Program-made: the position numbers and the translations under genes
Part shown: positions 1 through 8,545 of the stretch, one piece after another
How positions within the stretch are numbered: position 1 is the stretch's first letter
Layout of the letters: every line of letters starts with the position of its first letter
From: a virus
Reading direction: 5' to 3' (one strand)
Length of the DNA stretch: 64,000 nucleotides
IMG/VR virus record: IMGVR_UViG_3300042542_003555
Coordinates: 96,984 to 160,983 of that record
The notes under the pieces: model-generated
Told to the model about the DNA's origin: nothing
Databases searched by the model: none
What the model saw: the letters and a program-made list of their open reading frames with translations, nothing else

Positions 1-93
1 GACCATTTACTTGGTTTTTAGTGCGGCGAAAGCCGGCTTTTGGGACGCCTCTTGGCATAATAGCTCCTTATCAATAAACTACATTCATCACAA

Positions 94-136
94 TATGGAT
101 ACAGTATAGGGCTATTGGTGCAAATTGTCAAGGGTT
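94..136 (-). promoter_or_regulatory. Early sigma70-type promoter, repeat copy 1
   Basis: Minus strand AACCC-TTGACA(131-126)-N17-TATACT(108-103)-GTATCCATA. Confidence 0.85.
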
Positions 137-230
137 TTATCCTCTTATTCCTATTAAAAATAAGAGAACCGTTGCTATAAATGCAACAATTCCTGAAGAT
201 AGCAGAATAGCAAGGTCCTCTTTCATGTTA

Positions 231-410
231 TCAGGCTGTAAACGGTACTCTGCCCGCCATTGCAGGTTCAAAGGCAAAGTATAGATTCAGGATGGCTAAG
301 GCTAGACTAGTGCCCCATACCTTCCATCCGTTGCCGATTCTATAATCAACCAAAGCCATCATAGCCATGCCAAGTCCGGCAATCATACAAAAAACATTCA
401 TTGCACCCAT
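231..410 (-). CDS. Small membrane protein (2 TM)
   Basis: GGAG RBS before ATG at 410; two hydrophobic segments. Confidence 0.6.
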   Translation of the reverse strand: MGAMNVFCMIAGLGMAMMALVDYRIGNGWKVWGTSLALAILNLYFAFEPAMAGRVPFTA

Positions 411-411
411 G

Positions 412-594
412 TTATACTCCATTCCTATATTTTTCAAGTTTATAGTTCCAAAATTCTAAGGTGCTGGCTAATTGCATACCCGCAGCCTCAACCCCAATAA
501 GCTTACCCTGGGGTGACGGATTATTCATTACCGCTTCCAATCGGTGTATTAGGTCAATGATAGAATTATTCATTTCAATTTCCAACTCGGTCAT
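412..594 (-). CDS. Hypothetical protein
   Basis: ATGA overlap with upstream ORF; GGAGG RBS. Confidence 0.6.
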   Translation of the reverse strand: MTELEIEMNNSIIDLIHRLEAVMNNPSPQGKLIGVEAAGMQLASTLEFWNYKLEKYRNGV

Positions 595-1034
595 ACAGTT
601 TCCTCCTTCAATACTTCATTCAGGTTTTTAAATTCATGACCATAGGCAGATACTAGCCATTCGCCCTGGTCGTACAGGTAAAAATACTCTGCTCCTGTAG
701 GATCATAGTATTCCACAAAGGCATCAAAATTTTCAAAGGTTTTGTATTCGGTGCCTTTTTCACCACGGTCACGACCATAATAAGTGGTCATTTCCTTATA
801 ATTTTGTTTTTCTATTTCATCAAGGTTATAGGTATCGAATGGGTGTTTCACACCAATTTCAGGACCCAGGCTTGATATATCGCCTAGACTGATTAAGGCT
901 TTGATTGTTTCGGGGTCGGTGTAGTTTTCTGCTAGAATAGCACCATTGTGGGAAGGATAGCCATCCCAATGACAATAGACTGCCATGATATCACCATTTT
1001 CCAATTTGATGCCGATAGCGGAACGAGTAGCCAT
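591..1034 (-). CDS. Conserved phage protein (YCHWDGYP motif), function unknown
   Basis: MATRSAIG...VYCHWDGYP motif typical of a widespread phage early-gene family; GGAG RBS. Confidence 0.75.
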   Translation of the reverse strand: MATRSAIGIKLENGDIMAVYCHWDGYPSHNGAILAENYTDPETIKALISLGDISSLGPEIGVKHPFDTYNLDEIEKQNYKEMTTYYGRDRGEKGTEYKTFENFDAFVEYYDPTGAEYFYLYDQGEWLVSAYGHEFKNLNEVLKEETV

Positions 1035-1170
1035 TATTTTTTCTCCATAATAAATTTGATTATTTCCTTGGCGTCCTTCATTGAGGAAGTTTCCACTGCC
1101 GCTTCAATGTAGTCCCAATAGGTTTCTTCGAGGTCATTCAGTAAATGATCCAATATTTGTCGTTTTCGGT

Positions 1171-1341
1171 TCATAGAATGTCCGAATTCAAAAGGTCAAT
1201 CAGGTTGTCCCAAATTTTTTGTTTTTCAGAATCATTAGCGGTTGCCCATTGATTCCAAAATTCTGCCTGTGGACGGAAGCCAGTGGCATCCTTGTGGAGG
1301 TCAGATACCTCCAATTCCTTGAAGGTATATTGATTAGGCAT
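1171..1341 (-). CDS. Hypothetical protein
   Basis: ORF coupled to upstream gene; SDLHKDATGFRP motif. Confidence 0.6.
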   Translation of the reverse strand: MPNQYTFKELEVSDLHKDATGFRPQAEFWNQWATANDSEKQKIWDNLIDLLNSDIL

Positions 1342-1573
1342 TTTCACGGTCCATAACATAAGTAAAGATTACCCACTTGGCACGGTTCAATAATTGGCGC
1401 TGGGCTTCAATTGTATGAAAATCTGGTTGCTCATAAGCCATCATTTCCTGGGCATCGGATAACATGGATGCGGCTATCATTCCAGGACCAGATAATTTGA
1501 AGGTGATGCTAGATTCTACACTTTCACGCAATTGGGCTTCGGTGCAGCCATACATGGAAATTTCCTGATTCAT
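1334..1573 (-). CDS. Hypothetical protein
   Basis: AGGAG RBS, ORF track. Confidence 0.65.
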   Translation of the reverse strand: MNQEISMYGCTEAQLRESVESSITFKLSGPGMIAASMLSDAQEMMAYEQPDFHTIEAQRQLLNRAKWVIFTYVMDRENA

Positions 1574-1588
1574 TTTAATCTCCTAATC

Positions 1589-1789
1589 TCACAGGTTCAT
1601 ATAATCGGAGCCACCGAAGGCGTACTCCATGCGGGTAACGTACAGGTATTCCTCGGCTTCGGCTTCAGAATAAAAACTTTTGAGTTTGGTGCCTACACGG
1701 CCAGTGGCAGTGGGTGCCCATTCAACCACGCACCACTCAGGCAGGCGGTCGTCATCGCCATCATAAAAATCCACAGAGAATCGTTCCAT
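1589..1789 (-). CDS. Hypothetical acidic protein
   Basis: AAGGAG RBS and ATG at 1789 directly after promoter copy 2. Confidence 0.65.
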   Translation of the reverse strand: MERFSVDFYDGDDDRLPEWCVVEWAPTATGRVGTKLKSFYSEAEAEEYLYVTRMEYAFGGSDYMNL

Positions 1790-1810
1790 TACAGTCTCCT
1801 TATCAATCAA

Positions 1811-1853
1811 TATGGATACAGTATAGGGCACCTATGCCGAATTGTCAAGGGTT
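1811..1853 (-). promoter_or_regulatory. Early promoter, repeat copy 2
   Basis: TTGACA(1848-1843)-N17-TATACT(1825-1820). Confidence 0.85.
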
Positions 1854-1974
1854 ATTCAATTCCCATAGCCAATCTTCCAGATTGTCATATTGATAATCTG
1901 CCCATTCCCAAAAAGGTCTTAATAATAGCAGAGGCAATAGCATTGTCAATCTGACAACCCAGGTTAGTACCCAC

Positions 1975-2196
1975 TTACACACTTTCACAATTGATAATAT
2001 TAGCATTTGGAAAATATTGTCTAAAAAACAATTCCGCATTAGTTTCATTATTGACACCATTCACCGTGACCTCATAAGGGGTCTCTAGGTCGTGGACCGT
2101 ATAGGTGATGGTATACTTGCCTCGGCCTTCGGAGCCTCCTGTAGCCTTGATTTTAGGCTCCTTGGGCTTGTTTTTACTGCCCTTGGGTCTACCCAT
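1975..2196 (-). CDS. Small protein with N-terminal AT-hook-like motif
   Basis: MGRPKGSKNKPK; AGGAG RBS. Confidence 0.65.
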   Translation of the reverse strand: MGRPKGSKNKPKEPKIKATGGSEGRGKYTITYTVHDLETPYEVTVNGVNNETNAELFFRQYFPNANIINCESV

Positions 2197-2514
2197 GCTA
2201 TACTCCTAGGCTGGTAGGCAGGTCTGCCACGGTAAAGCGGCTAGCATACAGGTTCAGCCGTTGCCAGGCCCATAGGTCTGTTATCTTATTGAAAACAGGA
2301 CCAAACAGGTAGCCTGAGGTTTCAATGCAGGTCTGCCAGCCGCCTGCTACATTCTTACATGTAATTTTCATTTTTTCTCCTTGAATACTTTTTTCACTTC
2401 GGCAATGGATACTTGCAATTCCATCGATATAAAATCCAGGGTATCGAATTCCTTGCCTTTAGGATCGCCTACTTGTTTGGCTAATTCCAAAACTTTTGTT
2501 TTAAAGGTTTTCAT

Positions 2515-2748
2515 TTAAAACTCCTCGCCATAATATCCATAATCCTCATCGGTGCCGTAGCCAGCTGAGGCCATAGCGGAATCAAAATCGCCGTCCATAG
2601 ATTCATCATAAGCCTCGGCCATTTGATCCATCATTTCCTCAAAAATCAATTCTACGTCCCAAATGGACATGTTAAACTTTTCGGCAATTTGCGCCCAGGT
2701 CAGGTCACCAGCGGAAATTTCATCTTGCACTTTTGATACGATATTCAT
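2515..2748 (-). CDS. Acidic hypothetical protein (possible HTH N-terminus)
   Basis: AAGGAG RBS after promoter copy 3; DGDFDSAMASAGYGTDEDYG tail. Confidence 0.7.
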   Translation of the reverse strand: MNIVSKVQDEISAGDLTWAQIAEKFNMSIWDVELIFEEMMDQMAEAYDESMDGDFDSAMASAGYGTDEDYGYYGEEF

Positions 2749-2770
2749 TTGATATCTCCTTTGTTCACGT

Positions 2771-2813
2771 TATGGATACAGTATAGGGTAAGTGGTGCGA
2801 ATTGTCAAGGGTT
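2771..2813 (-). promoter_or_regulatory. Early promoter, repeat copy 3
   Basis: TTGACA-N17-TATACT with conserved flanks. Confidence 0.85.
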
Positions 2814-3018
2814 ATTCCTCATCCTCATCCTGTGATTCTATAATACCTCGTTCTAGCATTTCCGACAACAATTCGGCGTCGGACAGGTCACGCCATCCCT
2901 TGACACCAAATTCTAGTATATTTGACAAGTATTCAAAATCACGGTTGGCAATACATTCCGTTACGGTATTGATATCATCGGCCAGCAGGTCCTGAATGGC
3001 TTTTTCACGGTTAAACAT
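2812..3018 (-). CDS. Acidic hypothetical protein
   Basis: AAAGG RBS, ORF track. Confidence 0.6.
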   Translation of the reverse strand: MFNREKAIQDLLADDINTVTECIANRDFEYLSNILEFGVKGWRDLSDAELLSEMLERGIIESQDEDEE

Positions 3019-3046
3019 AATTTACCTTTCTTTGGTTAGTGGCCAC

Positions 3047-3796
3047 TTAGGCAGCCATCATCATAACAGTAGGATACTTGACAAAGCCGCTGGTATCTTT
3101 TTTTGCTTTGCCTTTTGCATACAGGCCAACAATAACACCTTTAGGATCAAGGAATCGCAGGTCGGAATCGTCACCATTGAATACAGGACGGCCATTGTAG
3201 AATTCAGGCATAGGCATTGTTTTCTTGATACCAAACACCGTTGCTACATTGTAACCTTGCTCAATGGCTTTGGCCACGTCGGAATCGTTACCATCAGCGG
3301 CAGAGAATGTCAAGTGGTAGTTAGGAATATGCTTGATTTTACGACCTAGAATCTTGGTGTAATCATAGAATTGTACCTCAGGGAATGCAAAGAAAATATT
3401 GTCATATTGCACACCGTTACGGATAACAGAGTATTTTTCAAAGGCAAGGTCAGAGGTGCCGTTCAGGCGGAATACAGGAATCAGATTAAGCCTTGCGGAT
3501 TGTTTAATTGCTTTTTCAATATCAGCAACCAGCCACTCCATGAAACCTGCTCGTTCCTCAAAGAAAAATTGGGTCTTGCGGATTCTTGCTTTTTGGATAA
3601 CGTTAGTGGTCTCGCCTTTTTTAAACATGCCGCCACGTCCTGCGGTATTGAGGCAGGCTTCCGCACAACCAGGAGTGGCTTTAGGGCAGGTCTGATAGCC
3701 GCTGAGGTTAGCAGGTGCGAGGTGCAGGATATAGGTGTTATAGCCTTGCTTAGTGCCTTTGAGAATCTTAGGATTACCTGTGGATAGCAATTTCAT
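3047..3796 (-). CDS. GP88-family protein (Cys-motif, radical-SAM-like fold)
   Basis: CPKATPGCAEACL, RLNGTSD, FYDYTK and GDDSDLRFLD motifs typical of phage gene product 88 family. Confidence 0.75.
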   Translation of the reverse strand: MKLLSTGNPKILKGTKQGYNTYILHLAPANLSGYQTCPKATPGCAEACLNTAGRGGMFKKGETTNVIQKARIRKTQFFFEERAGFMEWLVADIEKAIKQSARLNLIPVFRLNGTSDLAFEKYSVIRNGVQYDNIFFAFPEVQFYDYTKILGRKIKHIPNYHLTFSAADGNDSDVAKAIEQGYNVATVFGIKKTMPMPEFYNGRPVFNGDDSDLRFLDPKGVIVGLYAKGKAKKDTSGFVKYPTVMMMAA

Positions 3797-3825
3797 AATT
3801 TTTCCTTTTTCTTATAATCAATCAA

Positions 3826-3863
3826 TATGGATACAGTATAGTGGCATCCATGCCAATTGTCAA
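3826..3863 (-). promoter_or_regulatory. Early promoter, repeat copy 4
   Basis: TTGACA(3863-3858)-N17-TATACT(3840-3835). Confidence 0.85.
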
Positions 3864-4076
3864 TAGGCCAGCAAGGAATATTTCAATCCCCAAAGGTGTA
3901 TGATAATTGATAACCTTCTGCCTCATACTGATCCCCAATGGAGATTAGCATTTCCGTAATAACCGCATCGGTAGCGGAAGGATGCTTTTCTTGCAACACC
4001 GCTGTGGAGGTTATCATAAAATCACCATTATCCTTACGGGCACACAAATTAATAAAAAACATATAATTCCTCTCAA

Positions 4077-4268
4077 TTAACCTATTGATAAAATTTCAGA
4101 TTGTTTCAAAATAACACTATTCCTTACACCGCTATAGACTGTTATCGGTTTGATAAGGTCCACATAATAGATTAATTCATTCCTACGCATACGGTATTCA
4201 CGGATTGTACCTTTGACAAGATATTCATTTAGATAATTTCCAGTAATTGTCATTCCGTTAAGGTTCAT
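4077..4268 (-). CDS. Hypothetical protein
   Basis: GGAG RBS after promoter copy 5. Confidence 0.6.
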   Translation of the reverse strand: MNLNGMTITGNYLNEYLVKGTIREYRMRRNELIYYVDLIKPITVYSGVRNSVILKQSEILSIG

Positions 4269-4290
4269 ATAATCTCCGTTCAATCAATCA

Positions 4291-4327
4291 ATGGATACAG
4301 TATAGAGGAAAGTGGCTGAATTGTCAA
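4291..4327 (-). promoter_or_regulatory. Early promoter, repeat copy 5
   Basis: TTGACA(4327-4322)-N17-TATACT(4304-4299). Confidence 0.85.
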
Positions 4328-4339
4328 TAGTCTATAGTG

Positions 4340-4610
4340 GATCCGCAGAAAATACTGTTATCCAAAAGATAACCGCAGAATATATCAGAGGAATACTATG
4401 ACCCAGTGGTTCCTGATAGATTTTGGCTATTGGTGCGCTTAGTAGGTCGCTGGTGCCTCTGGGTATTGGGTCTTTATGCGAGCCACCGAGTAATCCTTTC
4501 AGATTGGACAGGCTGAGAGGGTCGGAGAGAGGTTATTTAAGGGTCTCTGATCCATCCATAGTAGCCTGAAAATACCCTCGGAGAACCCTTAAGGGCACGG
4601 AGGTTGTTAT
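4340..4610. other. GC-richer structured non-coding region (candidate ncRNA or origin-like element)
   Basis: No ORF of 60 aa or more; several nested inverted repeats (see findings). Confidence 0.35.
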
Positions 4611-4693
4611 ACGGACAATCAATTGCAATAATGATAACATCTAGTGCAGGAGTGGATTAGGATACCAGATTTTGCTGCATCTCCAATAGTGTA

Positions 4694-4724
4694 ATATTAC
4701 AGTGGACTGGCTGAATTGTCAAGG
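4694..4724 (-). promoter_or_regulatory. Early promoter, degenerate copy 6
   Basis: TTGACA(4722-4717)-N17-TAATAT(4699-4694). Confidence 0.65.
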
Positions 4725-4732
4725 CTTATACC

Positions 4733-4764
4733 AAAAAAATCCTCTAGTTTTTATACTAGAGGAT
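4733..4764 (-). terminator. Intrinsic terminator
   Basis: ATCCTCTAGT-loop-ACTAGAGGAT followed by a T-tract, downstream of 4783..5082. Confidence 0.8.
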
Positions 4765-4782
4765 CTTATCATATTACTAAGC

Positions 4783-5082
4783 TTAGGCTGTTGCAAACTT
4801 AGTAACGGTTACAGGGCTAGGCTTTTTGGCTGCCTTTTTTGCTTTGATGCCCACTTTGGGGGTTTCGAGGGCTAGGAGTTTCGCTTTGAGTTTTTCAATA
4901 CGGGCAGCCTTTTTGGCTTCACGGTCTTGGGCTTTGAGTGCCTTCAGCATGGCTTTAGTGGCCTTCTGGGTTGCACGGAATTCCTTGTCGTCCTCTCGGG
5001 CAGCCTTGTACTGGGCACGGAGGGACTTGAGGTTAGCGGCAGCGGAGGCAATATCAGCCTTCAGGAGTTGGAGCTTGGTCAT
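4783..5082 (-). CDS. Lys/Ala-rich basic coiled-coil protein (histone H1-like composition)
   Basis: K/A-rich; own promoter, RBS and terminator. Confidence 0.75.
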   Translation of the reverse strand: MTKLQLLKADIASAAANLKSLRAQYKAAREDDKEFRATQKATKAMLKALKAQDREAKKAARIEKLKAKLLALETPKVGIKAKKAAKKPSPVTVTKFATA

Positions 5083-5107
5083 GGTGTTTCCTTTCGTTTT
5101 TAATCAG

Positions 5108-5150
5108 TATGGATACAGTATAGGGTACCTGGTGCGAATTGTCAAGGGTT
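5108..5150 (-). promoter_or_regulatory. Early promoter, repeat copy 7
   Basis: TTGACA(5145-5140)-N17-TATACT(5122-5117). Confidence 0.85.
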
Positions 5151-5163
5151 TACCTCAGGACTA

Positions 5164-5358
5164 TTAGCAGTCCTCTACCTCAAAATCATCCATGAGGCTG
5201 TCGATATAGTCATTCAGATAACAATTGTAGGCGATCGGATCGCATTCCTTGAGGATGGTCGAGCGGTTGAATTGTATACCTGCTACCTCGACGGTACCTT
5301 CACAATCCAAGGCATCCTCGAACATCTCCACAGCGGTGGCGTAGGATATTGATTCCAT
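5164..5358 (-). CDS. Acidic hypothetical protein
   Basis: AAGGAG RBS; ILKECDPIAY motif. Confidence 0.7.
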   Translation of the reverse strand: MESISYATAVEMFEDALDCEGTVEVAGIQFNRSTILKECDPIAYNCYLNDYIDSLMDDFEVEDC

Positions 5359-5381
5359 TATTTTCTCCTTTAATTAATCAC

Positions 5382-5424
5382 TATGGATACAGTATAGCGG
5401 CATTCCTGCCAATTGTCAAGGGTT
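5382..5424 (-). promoter_or_regulatory. Early promoter, repeat copy 8
   Basis: TTGACA(5419-5414)-N17-TATACT(5396-5391). Confidence 0.85.
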
Positions 5425-5683
5425 ATTTGGTCTTGCGGTCTTGATAAGCATCCCAGATAAGATAAGGACCTACAAGGACTGTCAGTATTGCAAAGATGAT
5501 ATCGATGGTTTCCATGATGTTTATTTGATAAGGTTGATGATTGTCAGGATTGTATCTTGTCCGTTTTGCAACAGAACGCTTGCAATTGCGATAACAGTAG
5601 CAGAAAAGTAAGCGCCGACAAGGAGGCTTGCTGCAATAATAATACTTTGCATTTATATAACTCTCATTTATTGTTTCAGTCTG

Positions 5684-5720
5684 TACAGTATAGCGGCGAG
5701 GGGTCTAATTGTCAAGGGTT
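5684..5720 (-). promoter_or_regulatory. Early promoter, repeat copy 9
   Basis: TTGACA(5715-5710)-N17-TATACT(5692-5687). Confidence 0.8.
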
Positions 5721-5758
5721 AATGCGACAGGTTTTGTCGTTTTACCTACCTCGACCTG

Positions 5759-5787
5759 TTGACAATTTACCTCACTTGCCCCATAAT
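5759..5787 (+). promoter_or_regulatory. Divergent early promoter
   Basis: TTGACA(5759-5764)-N17-CATAAT(5782-5787). Confidence 0.75.
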
Positions 5788-5823
5788 GTATACATTGATT
5801 AAACAAAACGAAGGAGAAAAAAA

Positions 5824-6063
5824 ATGAATTATTCTTTTAACATCAAATCCACGTACACTGGCATGATGTCCGACCACTATGAGGTTTGTTCTTTTGACAA
5901 CAAATTGATGGGCACTATTTGCCGTAGTGATGTGGAGACTGATGACATTTTCACATATGATGCATTTTTTGCAATGCTCCCTGGGGATGATGATTGGCAT
6001 GATACTGAATTTGCAACATTCGGCGAGGCTCTTGATTTTTTGATAAGAGAATTCAAATCGTAG
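5824..6063 (+). CDS. Acidic hypothetical protein
   Basis: Promoter, AAGGAG RBS and terminator all present. Confidence 0.75.
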   Translation: MNYSFNIKSTYTGMMSDHYEVCSFDNKLMGTICRSDVETDDIFTYDAFFAMLPGDDDWHDTEFATFGEALDFLIREFKS

Positions 6064-6072
6064 TATTTTGAC

Positions 6073-6093
6073 AAGTCCTTCGGGACTTTTTTT
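6073..6093 (+). terminator. Intrinsic terminator with UUCG tetraloop
   Basis: AAGTCC-TTCG-GGACTT-TTTTT. Confidence 0.85.
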
Positions 6094-6236
6094 GTGCCCT
6101 GGGTGTTGTCAAAAGGATAAGGCTTTGGGAGGGCTTAGTGAAATTAAAAAAAATGCAATATTCTCAAACCCCTAGACCCGTAACTGGAAATCTGGAAGTG
6201 GAACCCACAGAAACCAAAATTTTTTCCGGAGCGGAA

Positions 6237-7070
6237 TCAGAGGATTTTCGAGGTTTTCTTATAGCTCTTTCCTTTTTTACTTGTGCTGTAACCAGTTTTA
6301 CCTTTATTCCATGGTACCCAACCACTCTCAAGTTTTTTCTTCATGGCAGCTTTCATATTCTCTTTAGCTTCTTCAGACATTTTTTTACCTTTATGAGCCT
6401 CAGAAATTTTCTTTTTTGTTTCTTCTGTTGGATTCAGAGTACCATTTTTTCTTTTAGTCTCAGTAATTTTAGCACGACTTTCGGGAGACAGAGTATTGTT
6501 TCTTGTTTCAATTCCTTTCAGATATTTCTCACGAACTTCTGGTCTCCACATGGCTTCTTTGGTTTTCTTTGAGATATACTCTTTGTCCATGTTTTCGACC
6601 ATCTTTTTTCTACTCTGACGATATATCTGTTGATACTCTGAATCTTGATGTTTCTTCAGCATGATTTGACGGATTCGTTCCTTAGTCTCGTCTGTCATAT
6701 TCTTACTGGGATTACCATCAGACTTCCACAGTTCACTCAGATGTACCATGAGTTCTTTTCTCAGTTTCTCGTAGGTTTTAGAGTTTATCTTATAGTCTCT
6801 GTTGGAAGGTGTCTGTGTGAACTTATTAGCCATAGCATTATAGGCATGAAGCATCTGTATGTGTTTCTTTTTGGATAGATGCATCTTGGCTAGGAGGGCG
6901 TGAGCCATGTAATGTTCACGGGCGGTTAAAACAACAAGATTATCAGAATCATCTGACCCACCAAAGCACTTAGGAATAACATGATGAGTCTCTGTGTATC
7001 CAGATAGAGATTCTCTTTGTCTAGATTTCTCCATAAGAGAATCGTACCAGTTCTTATATTTGTCACTCAT
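6237..7070 (-). CDS. HNH homing endonuclease with NUMOD3-like repeats
   Basis: ETHHVIPKCFGGSDDSDNLVVLTAREHYMAH; C-terminal EETKKKISEAHKG and PWNKG motifs. Confidence 0.85.
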   Translation of the reverse strand: MSDKYKNWYDSLMEKSRQRESLSGYTETHHVIPKCFGGSDDSDNLVVLTAREHYMAHALLAKMHLSKKKHIQMLHAYNAMANKFTQTPSNRDYKINSKTYEKLRKELMVHLSELWKSDGNPSKNMTDETKERIRQIMLKKHQDSEYQQIYRQSRKKMVENMDKEYISKKTKEAMWRPEVREKYLKGIETRNNTLSPESRAKITETKRKNGTLNPTEETKKKISEAHKGKKMSEEAKENMKAAMKKKLESGWVPWNKGKTGYSTSKKGKSYKKTSKIL

Positions 7071-7250
7071 AATTAAACGTATACATCAACTTTACTTGCA
7101 GATACCACAGACTCATGTTGTTTCTGCTGATGTTCTTCTAGCTTCTCTTGCTTGATAGCATTCTCTAAGCGGTCTATACGTTCTCTGTAATCTTCTATAC
7201 GCAAATCTCGTCTAACTGCTAGAAGATTAAGATAATAAGCATTATGGATT

Positions 7251-7763
7251 CTATTCATCTTTTTGTTCCCATTTCTTCCGGCGTTCTTCAGCTTCTTTTT
7301 CTTCTTGTATACCATGCTCTGTTAATTCTACATCACTTTCACAGTATGGACAAATATGTCGTGGGTCTTCAAGTTCATTACCTTCTTTGTCTGCCCAAGC
7401 CCACTCAGCATCATAGCTTTGACCAGTCCACTTACAGTTTGTACACTTGTGAGTAGGCTCTGGTTCTTTCTCTGGTGCTACCCAACTATTCGCATCACCT
7501 AACTCATAGGTAATATCATAGCCACCTTTACGAGAAGTCCAGCAGTCAGAATACTGATGCTCCCATTCTATCTCTACATCATTGTTCCAGGCGTCTTGCA
7601 TCAATTCTTCAACGTCTACTTCACCATTCTCTATGCGTACTAGCAGAGAAACGATCTGATCTTCATCGAGGTCTGGATAGATATCACTGAGTGTTTCTTC
7701 ATCTAGATAAAATGCATACTGCTCGTCTACTTGATGCCATTCGTGTTTGACTATGGTTACCAT
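7251..7763 (-). CDS. Acidic protein with CxxC...CxxC zinc ribbon
   Basis: CTNC...CPYC; AAGGAG RBS. Confidence 0.7.
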   Translation of the reverse strand: MVTIVKHEWHQVDEQYAFYLDEETLSDIYPDLDEDQIVSLLVRIENGEVDVEELMQDAWNNDVEIEWEHQYSDCWTSRKGGYDITYELGDANSWVAPEKEPEPTHKCTNCKWTGQSYDAEWAWADKEGNELEDPRHICPYCESDVELTEHGIQEEKEAEERRKKWEQKDE

Positions 7764-7924
7764 GATTGCTCCTTCTCTCGTAGTTTCTCAATCTCATCAG
7801 CAGCTTCTTCTAGCAGGTCAGCTATTCTGTCAGGCTGTCCTTCTTGTACCGATTTTCTAGAAGGTATCTGACGGCGTATCTCTGCTCTCTTACGAAGTCT
7901 GTACACTAAGTCATTTTCGTTCAT
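7757..7924 (-). CDS. Small conserved phage protein (55 aa, below the ORF track cutoff)
   Basis: MNENDLVYRLRKRAEIRRQIPSRKSVQEGQPDRIADLLEEAADEIEKLR; ATGA overlap. Confidence 0.7.
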   Translation of the reverse strand: MNENDLVYRLRKRAEIRRQIPSRKSVQEGQPDRIADLLEEAADEIEKLREKEQSW

Positions 7925-8124
7925 TGATTTACTCCGAAATACTTTAGAATTTTATCAGCACAATAATGACCATCCATTCCTTTATCACCTAGTTCTTCAC
8001 ATATACTTAAACATTCATAGATAATCAACTCGGCGAACTTTTGAAATAATATTGAATTACTTCCCATATAATTTACTGGATTGAATCCAGCATCTTCAGC
8101 AAGTTCTTTTATTCGGTCGTTCAT
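7921..8124 (-). CDS. Hypothetical protein, MNxRIKELA paralog family
   Basis: MNDRIKELAEDAG...KFAELIIYEC...YFGV. Confidence 0.7.
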   Translation of the reverse strand: MNDRIKELAEDAGFNPVNYMGSNSILFQKFAELIIYECLSICEELGDKGMDGHYCADKILKYFGVNQ

Positions 8125-8345
8125 ACAGAATACTCCATCTTCACTTCAATACAGGTACCTTCTAGTGTTTTGATATTACCTTTGTTACCTTTGCCAGCTT
8201 TCTTCACTAATTCTTTCATGTGCTGCTTTTGCAGTTCTACATTGTCTCGGCATTGTTTCTCTGACCGATAGGTTTGTGTTGACTGCATGAACTCACAATT
8301 GCTATTGATACAAATGAATAATACGGGTATAAAAATAAACATCAC
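8121..8345 (-). CDS. Small Cys-containing secreted or membrane protein
   Basis: Hydrophobic N-terminus, 4 Cys. Confidence 0.6.
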   Translation of the reverse strand: MMFIFIPVLFICINSNCEFMQSTQTYRSEKQCRDNVELQKQHMKELVKKAGKGNKGNIKTLEGTCIEVKMEYSV

Positions 8346-8545
8346 ATATTCACCTTAATAGCGCATTTCTCACAGAGTTGTCTGTGCATATAGACAGCTT
8401 GTTCAAAGGTAGAAGATACTGACCATTTCTCAGTATATCCACCACCGTGATTGTATAGATGAGTCTCATAGCAATCAACATCAAATCCAAGATATGCTGT
8501 AATTATTGATTGTGCATGGTTGTTAGATACAAACAGAATCTTCAT
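8342..8545 (-). CDS. Hypothetical protein
   Basis: ATGA-coupled ORF. Confidence 0.55.
   Translation of the reverse strand: MKILFVSNNHAQSIITAYLGFDVDCYETHLYNHGGGYTEKWSVSSTFEQAVYMHRQLCEKCAIKVNM

Noticed and set aside
94-5720. Repeats with variable internal segments as a CRISPR-like array
   Set aside because: Copies are hundreds of bases apart, separated by ORFs, and match -35/N17/-10 promoter geometry exactly; no cas genes are present.
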